Source: Candidatus Binatia bacterium
Lineage (GTDB): Bacteria > Desulfobacterota > Binatia > UBA12015
Assembly: GCA_029243485.1 (NCBI GenBank)
Contig: JAQWRY010000011.1
Coordinates: forward strand, 77,228-141,227
DNA length: 64,000 nt
Direction: 5' to 3'
Under the pieces are notes generated by a model. The model was given only the letters and a program-made list of their open reading frames with translations. It was not told where the DNA came from and searched no databases. Of this stretch, positions 38,113 through 47,949 are shown piece by piece (within the stretch, counting starts at the first letter, position 1; every line of letters begins with the position of its first letter). The position numbers and the translations under genes are program-made.

Positions 38113-39540
38113 TCAGCGAACGATGTCCGGATCGAGCAGGCCACTCGCCGCCAGCAGCCGGAGTTGGGCCGCATTGTACCGAAGAATCGACGTGACGAGC
38201 GACAAGCGGGCCCGGGCCTCCGCATTCTGGGCCTCGATCACCTCGAGCCCGAGCCCCGTGCCGGCTTCAAAGCGAGCGATCTGGATCCGCCAGCTTCGAC
38301 CGGCCGCCCGAACCCCGTGGTTCGCTTCCGGGATCGCATCGGCGGCCGCCGAGACCTCGACGAGGGCTCCCTGGACCTGTCCGCGCGCCTGCTCGGCCGC
38401 GAAAGCCGCCGAAAGGTCTCTCGACCGTGCCTCGGCGGCCACTTCCTGCACCCGCGCCAACTCGCTCAACTGAAAGCTCCAGCCGATCGCGGCGAGCCCG
38501 ATCGTGCCCGCGCCCAGATCGTCGGCCTCGATTCCGAGCCAGCGCTGTCGGCCCTCGAGTTCGATCGTCGGACCGAGCAGGTTCCACCAAGTGGAGCGCT
38601 CTGCGTGCAACGCAGCCTGCGCGCGGGCCTCCGCCGCCCGTACGTCGGGACGGCGAGCAGTCGAATGCTCCGCCAACTCGCCCGCGCCGCCTTCGACGAG
38701 TGCGTGCGGGCGCACCTCGGCTTCGGCCGGAGCGAGAAGGACCGTCGGGTCCCAACGCAGAAGCGTGGCCAGCGTGGCACTCGTGACCTCCCACGTACCG
38801 CGCGCCCGAATGTGCACCTGGCGCGCCGCCGCGAGCTCCGCCTCGGCGCGCGCGACGTCGGCACGCGACGAGACTTCCGCCGCCGCTCGCGCACGTGCGA
38901 TCGAGAGGAATCTCTCCGTGGCCGCAACGAGTTGGTCGGCGATCTCGACCTCTGCGCGGGAGCGCAGTAGGTCGAAGTACGCGAGGCCGGCGCTCTCCAT
39001 CGCACGTCGCGCAGAATCTCCCGCGTCTCCGGCCGCAGCATCCTGGCCGTACCGCGCGGAAATCGATTGCTCCACCGCGCCACCGGGATTCAGACGATAG
39101 AAAACCGAGAGACCCGCCTCGAAGCGTCCGAACGCGACGTCTTCCACGACTCCGAACGATCCGACCTGCCGACCGTCGAGATGCCAGGCGCGGTAGTCGC
39201 CCCGCACTCCGGGAACGAACGCCGCGTCGGCAGCCAGGGTACGCGCGGCCGCAGCCTCCAACTGCGCTTCCGCATCGAGCACCGCGATGCTGTCCTCGCC
39301 TGCTCGCAGAAGGACTTCCTGGAGGGTGACCGCGCGGACCTGCAGGTGCGCCGGCAACTCGGTCTCGGGTAGCGGCACAGCGACCGGCGGCGCCTTCGCG
39401 AACTCCGGCTGAAGCTCCGCCGGCAAAACCGGCGGCTCGATCAACGACGGATCGGACTCGTAGCCCAAGAAGGCCGAACAACCTGCGACGAGCAGCGAAC
39501 ACAAGAGCGCCGTCGCAGGTGCAGCGAAACGCAAGATCAT
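38113..39540 (-). CDS. RND efflux outer-membrane factor lipoprotein (NodT/TolC family)
   Basis: Lipobox LLVAGCSA. Two-repeat OMF pattern with Ala/Arg/Glu-rich coiled-coil segments. Its ATG overlaps the MFP stop. Confidence 0.8.
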   Translation of the reverse strand: MILRFAAPATALLCSLLVAGCSAFLGYESDPSLIEPPVLPAELQPEFAKAPPVAVPLPETELPAHLQVRAVTLQEVLLRAGEDSIAVLDAEAQLEAAAARTLAADAAFVPGVRGDYRAWHLDGRQVGSFGVVEDVAFGRFEAGLSVFYRLNPGGAVEQSISARYGQDAAAGDAGDSARRAMESAGLAYFDLLRSRAEVEIADQLVAATERFLSIARARAAAEVSSRADVARAEAELAAARQVHIRARGTWEVTSATLATLLRWDPTVLLAPAEAEVRPHALVEGGAGELAEHSTARRPDVRAAEARAQAALHAERSTWWNLLGPTIELEGRQRWLGIEADDLGAGTIGLAAIGWSFQLSELARVQEVAAEARSRDLSAAFAAEQARGQVQGALVEVSAAADAIPEANHGVRAAGRSWRIQIARFEAGTGLGLEVIEAQNAEARARLSLVTSILRYNAAQLRLLAASGLLDPDIVR

Positions 39541-40631
39541 TCGCTCGGGGTCTCCGCGACATCCACCGCCGCACCTTCGCGCGCCAACGGCGAACCACTC
39601 AGCATGACGTTGTCGCCTGCCGCGAGGCCGGACGCTACGACAGCTCGACGTCCATCATCGGAAGCCACCGCGACCGGCCGGCGCACCAGCGCCCCGTTTT
39701 CGACGACGAGAACGTGACGATCACTCCCCTGCCCCCGCACCGCGCGAGACGGAAGAACCAGCGCCCCCTCGCGGGTCGTCAGGCCGAGATGCACCTGCGC
39801 GAACATGCCGGGCTCGAGACCCAACGTCGCATCGGTGATGTCGACCTCGGCGCGCATCGAGCGCGTTCGCGGATCGAGCGCGCCGGCCGTGCGCGTAACC
39901 GTGTCTTCCAGTTCCTCACCCGGGAACGCGTCGAGGGTGATGCGCACTGGCTGACCGACCTTGAGGCTCGGCACGATTTTCTCCGGGACATCGAAGACCA
40001 GGCGGAGCGAATCGGTTCGGACGATCTCCACGACCGGTTCGGCACCCGGCGTCGAACCCTCTCGGATGAGCGCCCCCGTGTGGAGGATACGGCGGGAAAT
40101 CCGACCATCGAAGGGCGCGCGCACGACCGAAAACTCGGCCAGCCGATTCAGACGCGCGGCGGACGCCTCAGCCCGTGCGAGGCCGGCGATCGCCATCTGC
40201 TCCTGCGCTGCCGCCGTATCGACGTCCTGACTCGCGACCGCATCCTTCTCGCGACGGCGCAGCGACTCGAGACGGCGGCGCGTGATGCCGGCGATCTCGA
40301 CTTCGGCCGCCCGGCTCTTCACCTCGGCGTGTGCACGCTGCACGTCGGCATCCATCTCGGGGACGAGGATTCGGGCGAGTGGGTCTCCCGCCTTCACCTC
40401 GTCGCCGATGTCGACGTCGACCGATTCGAGGTAGCCCGTCACGCGTGCGTAAAGCGCGGCCATCTCCTGCGGCTCGAGCGAGCCCGGCAGAATATACGCC
40501 ACCGCGACGTCCTCGACCGCAGGTCGTGTCGTCACGATGCGTGGGAGACCCGCTCCCGTTCCGACCGACGTCGACCCGCCGCCCCCGCAGCCCATCGAAA
40601 CGACCAACAGCAGGGCGAAGATCTCACGCAT
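39537..40631 (-). CDS. RND efflux membrane-fusion (periplasmic adaptor) lipoprotein, HlyD family
   Basis: Lipobox LLVVSMGCGGGGS. Lipoyl/coiled-coil/beta-barrel pattern (ARILVPEMDADVQ..., VVRAPFDGRISRR). Confidence 0.85.
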   Translation of the reverse strand: MREIFALLLVVSMGCGGGGSTSVGTGAGLPRIVTTRPAVEDVAVAYILPGSLEPQEMAALYARVTGYLESVDVDIGDEVKAGDPLARILVPEMDADVQRAHAEVKSRAAEVEIAGITRRRLESLRRREKDAVASQDVDTAAAQEQMAIAGLARAEASAARLNRLAEFSVVRAPFDGRISRRILHTGALIREGSTPGAEPVVEIVRTDSLRLVFDVPEKIVPSLKVGQPVRITLDAFPGEELEDTVTRTAGALDPRTRSMRAEVDITDATLGLEPGMFAQVHLGLTTREGALVLPSRAVRGQGSDRHVLVVENGALVRRPVAVASDDGRRAVVASGLAAGDNVMLSGSPLAREGAAVDVAETPSE

Positions 40632-43600
40632 GCGACGACTCCAGATCCGGCGCGGCCGGTGCGGGGGGACGCTTCACTACAGCGTACAGACAGGGGAGGA
40701 CAAACAGAGTGAGGGCCGTTGCCCCGAGGACGCCGCCGATGATCGCGCGGGCCAAGGGAATGTTCGCTTCGCCGCCGCCCAGCCCGACCGCCATCGGAGC
40801 GATGGCCAGAACGGTCGTGAGAGACGTCATCAAGATCGGACGGAAACGAACCCGCGCCGCCTCGCGGACCGCGCCCCGGACGTCGCCGGTCTCGTCGAGA
40901 TTCCGGTTCGCGAAGTCCACCAGGACAATTCCGTACTCGACGACGATACCAGCCATCATGATCACGCCCATCAGACTCTGGATGTTGAGGGAGGTCCCCG
41001 TCACGAAGAGGACCAGGGAGACCCCGATCATGCCGAGCGGAACGGTCGCGAGGATCAGCAACGGATCGACGAACGAGCGGAACTGCGCCACCATCAAGAG
41101 GTAGATCAGCAACACGGCGATGAGGAGCCCCGCCCCAAACTGCCGAAACGACTCCCGCATCGTCTGGATCTCGCCGCTCGCCGCCAGGGTGTAGCCCCGC
41201 CCGGCGTACCGGCCGCCTATCTCGTAGGCCACCTCTTCTCGCCCGCTGTCGAACGGCATGAGACCCAGGTTCTCGTCAGCCATCAGATGCTCATCGATCG
41301 CGGTCACTGCGTCCCCGAGGTTCACGCCGGGGACCGTATCGGCATAGACGTCGAAGCTTCGCGTGATGTTCCGGTGACTGACGAACGACGGGCCCGTACC
41401 GCGGTGAATCGTCGCGATCGTGCCGAGGGGTATGGGTTCCATCGCCTCGTCGGACGTGAGCGGAATGTCGCGCAGCGTGTCGATCGAGATCAGCTCTGTC
41501 TCGGGATACTGCGCTCCGATGAAGTAGTGGTTGCCGTTTCGCTCGTCGATCCAGAATGCCGGCTGGAAGTTGATGCTCGAATTCGTCGCGGTCACGAGAT
41601 TGTGCATCACGTCTTCGACCGTGAGCCCGGCCAACGCGGCCTTCACGCGGTCGATCTCGACTTCGATGGTCGGGTAGTCGTTGCGCTGCAACACCCGCAC
41701 GTCTTCGGTGCCCGGCACCTGTGCCACGACCGTCGCGATGTCGGCTGCGATGTCACCCAGCGTATCGAGATCACTTCCGCGGACCTGGTAGTGAATGGGC
41801 GCGGGTTCGCCGAAGTTCAGGGCCGCGGTGAGCATTCCGCCGGTGTCGAAGGCAAACTCCGCCTGCGGGAAATCGTTGCGAAGCCGCGCGCGCAGGCGCG
41901 TGACGATGTCGAAGACGCTGGGGGTCGACGACGAGTCCTTCAGCTGCACGAGGAGGAACGAATCCATCGGGCCTCGATTCGGCGTGTACGCAGCGGGCCA
42001 ATCCATAAGGACACCGATGTTCGAGATGAGCATCTGAAGATGCGAGTCCGCATAACGCTCGACCTTCGGGTACTCCGGATCCGGCTGCCCCAACTCCTCG
42101 ACGATGACCTTCTCGACACGGGCGACCATTTCCTCGGACCGCTCGATCCGCGTGCCCGACGCAAGGCGCACGTAGACCTGGAACTGCCCCGCATCGACCC
42201 GCGGGAACAATTCGGTGCCGAGGTTCCCGGCGAGAACCAGGGCGGCCAGGGCCGCAACGCAGGCCCCCACGAGAACGGACTTCCGATGGCGTAGAGCGGC
42301 ATCGACCGCACGCTCGTAGCGGGCGATGCCGCCGCCGGGCTGCGTGCCCTGCGGCGGCGGAGGTCCTTGCAGCAAGCGCGCGCAGAGCGCGGGAACCACG
42401 GTCACCGCGACGACGAGCGAGGCCAGAATCGCGAACGAGGCGGCGAGCGCGAGCGGTGTAAACAGAAAGCGCGCCATCCCCGACAGGAAGACGACCGGAA
42501 AGAACACGACGGCGAAGGTGAGCGTCGACACGACGATCGGCGCGGCCACCTCGCTCGTACCAGCGGCCGCAGCTTCGGCCGCGTCCTTCCCCATCTGCCG
42601 GTGACGAACGATGTTCTCGACCACAACGATGGACTGGTCGACGAGAATCCCCACGGCGAGTGCGAGCCCACCGAGGGTCATCGCATTGATCGTCCGACCG
42701 GTTGCCCACAGACCGAAGAGGGAGACCAGCGTAGCGAGCGGAATCGCCAGAGCCACGACGACGGTGAGGCGAACGTCGCGCAAGAATACCAGGACGACAA
42801 GTGCGGCCAGCACCGCCCCGAGAAGAGCGGCAAGCTGGAGCCCGGAAATCGAATCCCGAACATAGACCGATTGATCCAGGACTACTTCGAGCGCGAGATC
42901 CTGTGCTCGGTCATCCATCTCCCGCAGACGCTGCCGAATGCGGGCGAGCTGCGAGCGAATGGAGTCGACGATCTCGATCGTGTTGGCACCCGGCTGGCGG
43001 TAGATTGGAATGTAGACCTGTCGACGCCCGTTGATCCGCACGATGTTCGACTGGATCTGGGCGGAATCCTGGACACTCGCCACGTCGCGCATGAAGACGG
43101 GCCGCCCATCGTGGACCGCGACGGGTACATCGTTCAGCTCGCTCACCTTCTCCGGCATCGCGTTTGCGAAGATCTGGTAGTCGGTCTCGCCGACCTTGAT
43201 GTTCCCTGCGGGGACAAAGACCGATTGCTCGTGGAGAGCACGGACGACGTCCATCGGCGACATCCCGCGAGAATCGAGCCGCTCACGATCAACCTGCGCG
43301 ATAATCCGCCGGAGCTTGCCGCCGTAAACGGCCGGCGCGATTACCCCGGGAATCGACTGCAGCCGATTCCGCAGCTCGTAGTACGCGACGTCGTACAGCT
43401 CCTTCTCGCTCATCGTGTCGGAGGACACGCTGACGAGACAGAGCGGCACCGAGGCCGTCGGGTCGAAGGGCATGACCATCGGCGGGATCGTCCCCGGCGG
43501 CAGGTAGAACATGTCGCTCATCGCGTAGGACGTGACCTGGCTCATCGCGGTATCGAGACTGATGCCCTCGCGGAAGAAGTCCTTAACGATGCTGACGCCG

Positions 43601-43872
43601 AGCATCGCGTGCGCTTCCTGATGCTCGATCCCGACGGATTGGCCCGTCCAACGCTCGAGTCGACTCATGATGTCGCGCTCCATCACGACGGGCGGCATGC
43701 CGGGATAGAAGGTCACGATCTGGACCGCCGGGGTGGTGAAGGTCGGCAGAAGATCGGCCGGCAGGCGGGTGTACGACAAGATGCCCAACACCACTGCGAC
43801 GAGCGCGCCCACCGTGACGACATACGGGAGCTTCAGGGCGCGTCGGATCATAGGCTCTGGTGATCCTGTCAA
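40624..43872 (-). CDS. RND transporter permease (AcrB/HAE family, 1082 aa)
   Basis: 12-TM/2-large-loop architecture. N-terminal MIRRALKLPYVVTVGALVAVVLGILSY. Conserved TM4 region. Confidence 0.9.
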   Translation of the reverse strand: MTGSPEPMIRRALKLPYVVTVGALVAVVLGILSYTRLPADLLPTFTTPAVQIVTFYPGMPPVVMERDIMSRLERWTGQSVGIEHQEAHAMLGVSIVKDFFREGISLDTAMSQVTSYAMSDMFYLPPGTIPPMVMPFDPTASVPLCLVSVSSDTMSEKELYDVAYYELRNRLQSIPGVIAPAVYGGKLRRIIAQVDRERLDSRGMSPMDVVRALHEQSVFVPAGNIKVGETDYQIFANAMPEKVSELNDVPVAVHDGRPVFMRDVASVQDSAQIQSNIVRINGRRQVYIPIYRQPGANTIEIVDSIRSQLARIRQRLREMDDRAQDLALEVVLDQSVYVRDSISGLQLAALLGAVLAALVVLVFLRDVRLTVVVALAIPLATLVSLFGLWATGRTINAMTLGGLALAVGILVDQSIVVVENIVRHRQMGKDAAEAAAAGTSEVAAPIVVSTLTFAVVFFPVVFLSGMARFLFTPLALAASFAILASLVVAVTVVPALCARLLQGPPPPQGTQPGGGIARYERAVDAALRHRKSVLVGACVAALAALVLAGNLGTELFPRVDAGQFQVYVRLASGTRIERSEEMVARVEKVIVEELGQPDPEYPKVERYADSHLQMLISNIGVLMDWPAAYTPNRGPMDSFLLVQLKDSSSTPSVFDIVTRLRARLRNDFPQAEFAFDTGGMLTAALNFGEPAPIHYQVRGSDLDTLGDIAADIATVVAQVPGTEDVRVLQRNDYPTIEVEIDRVKAALAGLTVEDVMHNLVTATNSSINFQPAFWIDERNGNHYFIGAQYPETELISIDTLRDIPLTSDEAMEPIPLGTIATIHRGTGPSFVSHRNITRSFDVYADTVPGVNLGDAVTAIDEHLMADENLGLMPFDSGREEVAYEIGGRYAGRGYTLAASGEIQTMRESFRQFGAGLLIAVLLIYLLMVAQFRSFVDPLLILATVPLGMIGVSLVLFVTGTSLNIQSLMGVIMMAGIVVEYGIVLVDFANRNLDETGDVRGAVREAARVRFRPILMTSLTTVLAIAPMAVGLGGGEANIPLARAIIGGVLGATALTLFVLPCLYAVVKRPPAPAAPDLESSHA

Positions 43873-43902
43873 AGCGCGCCAGGGGGCGCTACCTATTCGC
43901 GA

Positions 43903-44730
43903 ATGAACACGTCAAGCCCTTCGGAGCTGGTTTCGGTCGCAGCGGAGATCGCGCGGGAAGCGGGGGCCGAGATTCGTACCCGTGTCCCGAGCCCGCGCCA
44001 GATCGCGACCAAGGCGAATTCGGTCGATCTCGTCACGGACACCGACCACCGCATCGACGCTCTCATCTCCGAACGTCTCGCCGCCGCCTTTCCCGACCAC
44101 GCACGACTCACCGAGGAAACCGGTGCCACAACGACCGGGGCGGAAGCTCCGGTCTGCTGGGTGGTCGATCCACTCGACGGCACCGTGAACTTCGCCCACG
44201 GCGTTCCCCACTTCGCCGTCTCGATCGCGGCCGTGCGCGGCTTCCAACCGGGCGACCCGCTCGAAACCCCGAGCACGGGCGCCGAAATTCTCGCCGGCGT
44301 CGTCTACGACCCCATGCGCGACGAACTCTTCGAAGCGACGGCCGCGGGTCCGGCCAAACTCAACGGAGAGCCGATCCAGACAAGCCCGTGCGCGAGCCTG
44401 AGCGAGGCGCTCGTCGCCTCCGGGTTCCCGTACGACCGACGAGAACGAGCGGACGAGTACCTCGAGGACTGGAAGGCCCTCCTGCCCCGCTGCCGCGATC
44501 TCCGCCGGGCGGGCGCCGCCGCCCTCGATCTGGCCTACGTCGCTGCCGGCCGCTTCGACGCCTACTGGGAACGCGGCCTCCACGCCTGGGACATCGCCGC
44601 AGGCGTCCTGATCGTCCGGCGCGCGGGCGGCATCGCCACGAACCGCGCGGGACGGGACCTGTTCCTCGACGCGTCCGAGGTTCTGGCCGCCCCCACGGCG
44701 ATCCACGCCGAACTCCTCACGGTTCTCTGA
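43903..44730 (+). CDS. inositol monophosphatase family protein (SuhB/ImpA-like)
   Basis: WVVDPLDGTVNFAHG, ETGATT, GAAALDLAYVAAGRFDAYWE. Classic IMPase motifs. Confidence 0.85.
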   Translation: MNTSSPSELVSVAAEIAREAGAEIRTRVPSPRQIATKANSVDLVTDTDHRIDALISERLAAAFPDHARLTEETGATTTGAEAPVCWVVDPLDGTVNFAHGVPHFAVSIAAVRGFQPGDPLETPSTGAEILAGVVYDPMRDELFEATAAGPAKLNGEPIQTSPCASLSEALVASGFPYDRRERADEYLEDWKALLPRCRDLRRAGAAALDLAYVAAGRFDAYWERGLHAWDIAAGVLIVRRAGGIATNRAGRDLFLDASEVLAAPTAIHAELLTVL

Positions 44731-44820
44731 ACGACCTCCCTCTGCACCGAGTTGGCCCCGGCAGAATCGCGTGGCAGGATTGGTCGCCCCCTCCAGGGGA
44801 GCTACCCTTCATGCGACGCA

Positions 44821-45259
44821 TCGGATCCGCTCTCTTCCAGCTTCTGTTCGCAGCAATCGCACTGCCACCGCTGTGGTACACGGCCTTCCCGCCGCCGCGA
44901 CTGATGCCGCGTATTGCGGCCAACCGCAGCCGTACTGGTGGCTTCCGAGCGTCGCGGCCAACTTCTCGCGCCCCGAAACGGTCCGCACCTACAAAGAGGA
45001 GATGTTCTACCCAATCGAGCCGGGCGACTTCGACCCGAAGAAGATCGAGACCCCCACTCTGCTGATCCACGGTGACGACGACCGCCTCGCGCCGGTGAGG
45101 ATCTCGCAGTACCTCGTCGGGAGCATGCCGAACGCGGAAGCGATATTCATCCAGGACGGCAGCTACATGCTGCCGGTCACCCACGCACCGCTCCTGGCGG
45201 ACGTCATCACGAAGTTCGTACAAAAGGAGTCGATCACGAGCCCACAGGAGAATGGCTGA
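44821..45259 (+). pseudogene. alpha/beta-hydrolase C-terminal remnant with frameshift near 44900
   Basis: ATG 44821 gives MRRIGSALFQLLFAAIALPPLWYTAF, then a frame change; the 44771 frame ends with PTLLIHGDDDRLAPV...DGSYMLPVTHAPLLADVITKFV (catalytic Asp/His end). ~146 aa in total, with no nucleophile elbow. Confidence 0.4.
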
Positions 45260-45465
45260 TGCTTCTACCGATCACGGCACTTTACGCGGTCCTGCTCGCA
45301 CTCGTCGGATTCGGCCTCGCCGCCTGGCTCGTCGGCGCCCGGATCCTCCATCCGATCGGCCTCCGTGTGGACGGCAAGTTCTCGGTCCTCCGCGGGATCG
45401 GTGCCGGGAGCACCGCGCTCATCGTCGTCGTGTCCGGGATCTGGGCGATCACAACGGCTTTCTGA
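45259..45465 (+). CDS. small two-helix membrane protein (hypothetical)
   Basis: MLLPITALYAVLLALVGFGLAAWLVGA...STALIVVVSGIWAITTAF. Start overlaps the upstream stop. Confidence 0.3.
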   Translation: MLLPITALYAVLLALVGFGLAAWLVGARILHPIGLRVDGKFSVLRGIGAGSTALIVVVSGIWAITTAF

Positions 45466-45569
45466 TTCCCGGGGCGGCGAGGACGTCAATCCCGGGTGCC
45501 GCTTCGCCAGAACGGGGGAACGCTCTGATCCCTCTTCTGCGCGAGCCGGTCCTCATCCACGCGGTAGAT

Positions 45570-45992
45570 CTAGATCGAGTACCCCAGACGCTCATCCGGC
45601 GGCTCGATCGTGAGCCACTCGACACATCCCGGCCGGAGAGCAAACTGCGGACGATGGACTTCGACCGCGCAAAGCGCGCACACGCCAACCGCCGGTTCGC
45701 AGGACACCTCTTCGCGGACCACACCCCAGCGAGCGGGGTTCGGGCCGTACCAAGCGTACTGGACCACCGGAATCGCGTTGTCGCGCTGCCAGAGGGCGAG
45801 CCGGCGCTTGTCCTGGCCCCAATCCTCACGATGAATCAGGTATTGGGGCCCGCCCTCCGGCCCGCCGCCCCAGCCGTCTGCCGTGTCGGACTTGTCCCAC
45901 GCCGTCGCGAGTAGGAGCCCGAGTTGGACCACGACGAGCCCGACGACTATCGCGGTTCCGCGGATGCGCTTTACGTCGCCCACGAGTTCCAT
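45570..45992 (-). CDS. hypothetical membrane-anchored protein
   Basis: N-terminal TM IVVGLVVVQLGLLLATAW. Start overlaps the K-channel stop (operon). Confidence 0.35.
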   Translation of the reverse strand: MELVGDVKRIRGTAIVVGLVVVQLGLLLATAWDKSDTADGWGGGPEGGPQYLIHREDWGQDKRRLALWQRDNAIPVVQYAWYGPNPARWGVVREEVSCEPAVGVCALCAVEVHRPQFALRPGCVEWLTIEPPDERLGYSI

Positions 45993-45995
45993 GCG

Positions 45996-46859
45996 CTAGA
46001 GCGCCCCGCCGCAGTACTTGCAGTGTACCGCGTCGACGTCGTGCCCTTCTCGCGAACAGCGCCGGCAGTGCTGCGACGTCATGCGATGCGCCTGCACCAA
46101 AGCCATCTCCGCCGAAACGATACCCGTAGGGACGATGATGAGACTGTAGCCGAGGATCATCATCGCGACGGCGAGCATCTGTCCAACGGGCGTCTGCGGC
46201 GTCACGTCGCCGTACCCCACGGTCGTAAGGGTCACGACCGCCCAATACATCCCGACAGGAACAGAGGTAAACCCGTTCTTCGGGCCCTCGACGACGTACA
46301 TCGCCGCCCCGACGATGACGACCGAAATGACGACCGTGACCATGAAGACCGCGAGCTTGGCGCGCGCCGCGCCGATGCTCGCCCGCAACTCGGTAGCTTC
46401 CGTTAGGAACCGGGCCAGCTTGAAGACCCGGAAAACGCGCAGCAGCCGCAACGAGCGAATCACGAGCAACGACTCGGTCCCGGGATAGAGCAGGCTCACG
46501 TAGGTCGGCAGGATCGACAGCAGATCGACGATCCCGAAGAAGCTCACAGCGTAGCGAAGCGGATTCCGCACGCAGACGAGACGGAGCAGGTACTCGATCG
46601 TGAAGCCGATCGTGAACACCCACTCGGCGACGGACAGGGGTCCGTGGAAGTCGTCCTGGAGCTGGTCGACGCTATCGAGCGTCACGACGAGCACGCTCGC
46701 AGCTATCGCGATCAGCAGCCCGATGTCGAAACTCTTCCCGGCCGGCGTGTCCGCCTCGAAGATGATCTCGTGTAGGTGCTCGCGCCAGGTCTCCGGACGA
46801 GCGGCCGCGATACGATCGCGCATGCCCGCGACGTTCGTCGCGATCCTGCACGATGTCAA
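45996..46859 (-). CDS. voltage-gated (Kv-type) potassium channel with C-terminal zinc-ribbon
   Basis: S4 RSLRLLRVFRVFKLARF. Selectivity filter TLTTVGYGDV. C-terminal CRRCSREGHDVDAVHCKYCGG (C-x2-C...C-x2-C). Alternative start at 46823. Confidence 0.85.
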   Translation of the reverse strand: MTSCRIATNVAGMRDRIAAARPETWREHLHEIIFEADTPAGKSFDIGLLIAIAASVLVVTLDSVDQLQDDFHGPLSVAEWVFTIGFTIEYLLRLVCVRNPLRYAVSFFGIVDLLSILPTYVSLLYPGTESLLVIRSLRLLRVFRVFKLARFLTEATELRASIGAARAKLAVFMVTVVISVVIVGAAMYVVEGPKNGFTSVPVGMYWAVVTLTTVGYGDVTPQTPVGQMLAVAMMILGYSLIIVPTGIVSAEMALVQAHRMTSQHCRRCSREGHDVDAVHCKYCGGAL

Positions 46860-46863
46860 GGAA

Positions 46864-47901
46864 CTACAGCAGGCTCTTGAGCTTCTCGAGAGTGCGAGCG
46901 CGATCCGCGACCGTGTCGCCGACGAGACTCACGTTCAGCGCCGTCACGCCGGACTCCGCGTACTCGGCGAGCCGCTCAGCGACGAACGATTCCGGGCCAA
47001 CAAGCGTCGTCTCTTCGAGAAACGAGGAAGGGATTGCATCAGCCGCCGCCGCTTTCTCGCCAGACAGGTACAGATCCTGAATCCGCGCCGCCTCTTCGCG
47101 GTAGCCGTAACTCGCGAAGATGTCGTTGTAGAAGTTCTTGCCGCGAGCGCCCATGCCGCCGACGTAGAGTGCCATCCCGGGACGGCCCCGGTCGCGAAGC
47201 GACTCGAGGCCCTCGCCGATTCCCACGAGACCGCCGGCGTACACATCCATCGGCGGGCGGGACGGATCTCGGCGGGCCGCACCCTTGTCTAGAGCGTCAC
47301 CCCAACAATTCCGCGCCTTCGTCGGATGGTAGAAGACCGGCAGCCACCCGTCGGCGAGAGCCGCGGTCTGTTCGACGCTCTTCGGAGCCAGCGCCGCGAT
47401 CACGATCGGAATGTCGTCCCGCACAGGGCGGGTGAGGATCTTGAGGGGCTTGGCGAGGCCGGTCCCCCGGCCGGCCGGAAGCGGCAGCGGGTATTTCGGC
47501 CCCTCGTGCGTCAGCACCTCGCGACGCCAGACCTTGCGGCAGATCTCGATGATTTCCCTAATCCGGGCGACCGGTGCATCGAACGGAACGCCGTGGAAGC
47601 CCTCGATGACCTGCGGGCCTGACGTACCCAGCCCGAGGATGCAGCGCCCCTCGGAGAGCGCATCGACCCCAGCCGCCGACATCGCGAGCAGGCTCGGGGT
47701 CCGCGTGTAGATCGGCAACACGCCGGACGCGATCTCGACGCGCTCGGTCTTGGCGGCGAGGTAGCCCATCTGACTGACCGCATCGAACCCGTAAGGCTCG
47801 GCGACCCACACCGTGTCGAGTCCCGACTTCTCGAGCTCGGCGATCTCATCCGCCGCCTCGCGAAAGCCGGCGGCATAATTCAGCATCGTTCCGATCTTCA
47901 T
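46864..47901 (-). CDS. LLM-class flavin/F420-dependent oxidoreductase (luciferase-like monooxygenase family)
   Basis: MKIGTMLNYAAGFRE...VWVAEPYGFDA...ILGLGTSGPQVIEGFHGVPFD...NFYNDIFASYGY. Pattern typical of F420-dependent LLM (Rv1855c-like). Confidence 0.8.
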   Translation of the reverse strand: MKIGTMLNYAAGFREAADEIAELEKSGLDTVWVAEPYGFDAVSQMGYLAAKTERVEIASGVLPIYTRTPSLLAMSAAGVDALSEGRCILGLGTSGPQVIEGFHGVPFDAPVARIREIIEICRKVWRREVLTHEGPKYPLPLPAGRGTGLAKPLKILTRPVRDDIPIVIAALAPKSVEQTAALADGWLPVFYHPTKARNCWGDALDKGAARRDPSRPPMDVYAGGLVGIGEGLESLRDRGRPGMALYVGGMGARGKNFYNDIFASYGYREEAARIQDLYLSGEKAAAADAIPSSFLEETTLVGPESFVAERLAEYAESGVTALNVSLVGDTVADRARTLEKLKSLL

Positions 47902-47949
47902 GTCCGTGTCCCTAACAAAGTTCCGAGATACCGACAGACCAGAAGAAAC

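Noticed and set aside
36053-38473. 806-aa + strand ORF
   Set aside because: Antisense to ilvB, the leader and the OMF gene. Arg/Pro/His-rich composition typical of a wrong-frame read-through in high-GC DNA. The sense-strand products have clear family motifs.
38267-39598. 443-aa minus-strand ORF
   Set aside because: An Arg/Gly-rich alternative frame of the NodT-type OMF gene (38113..39540).
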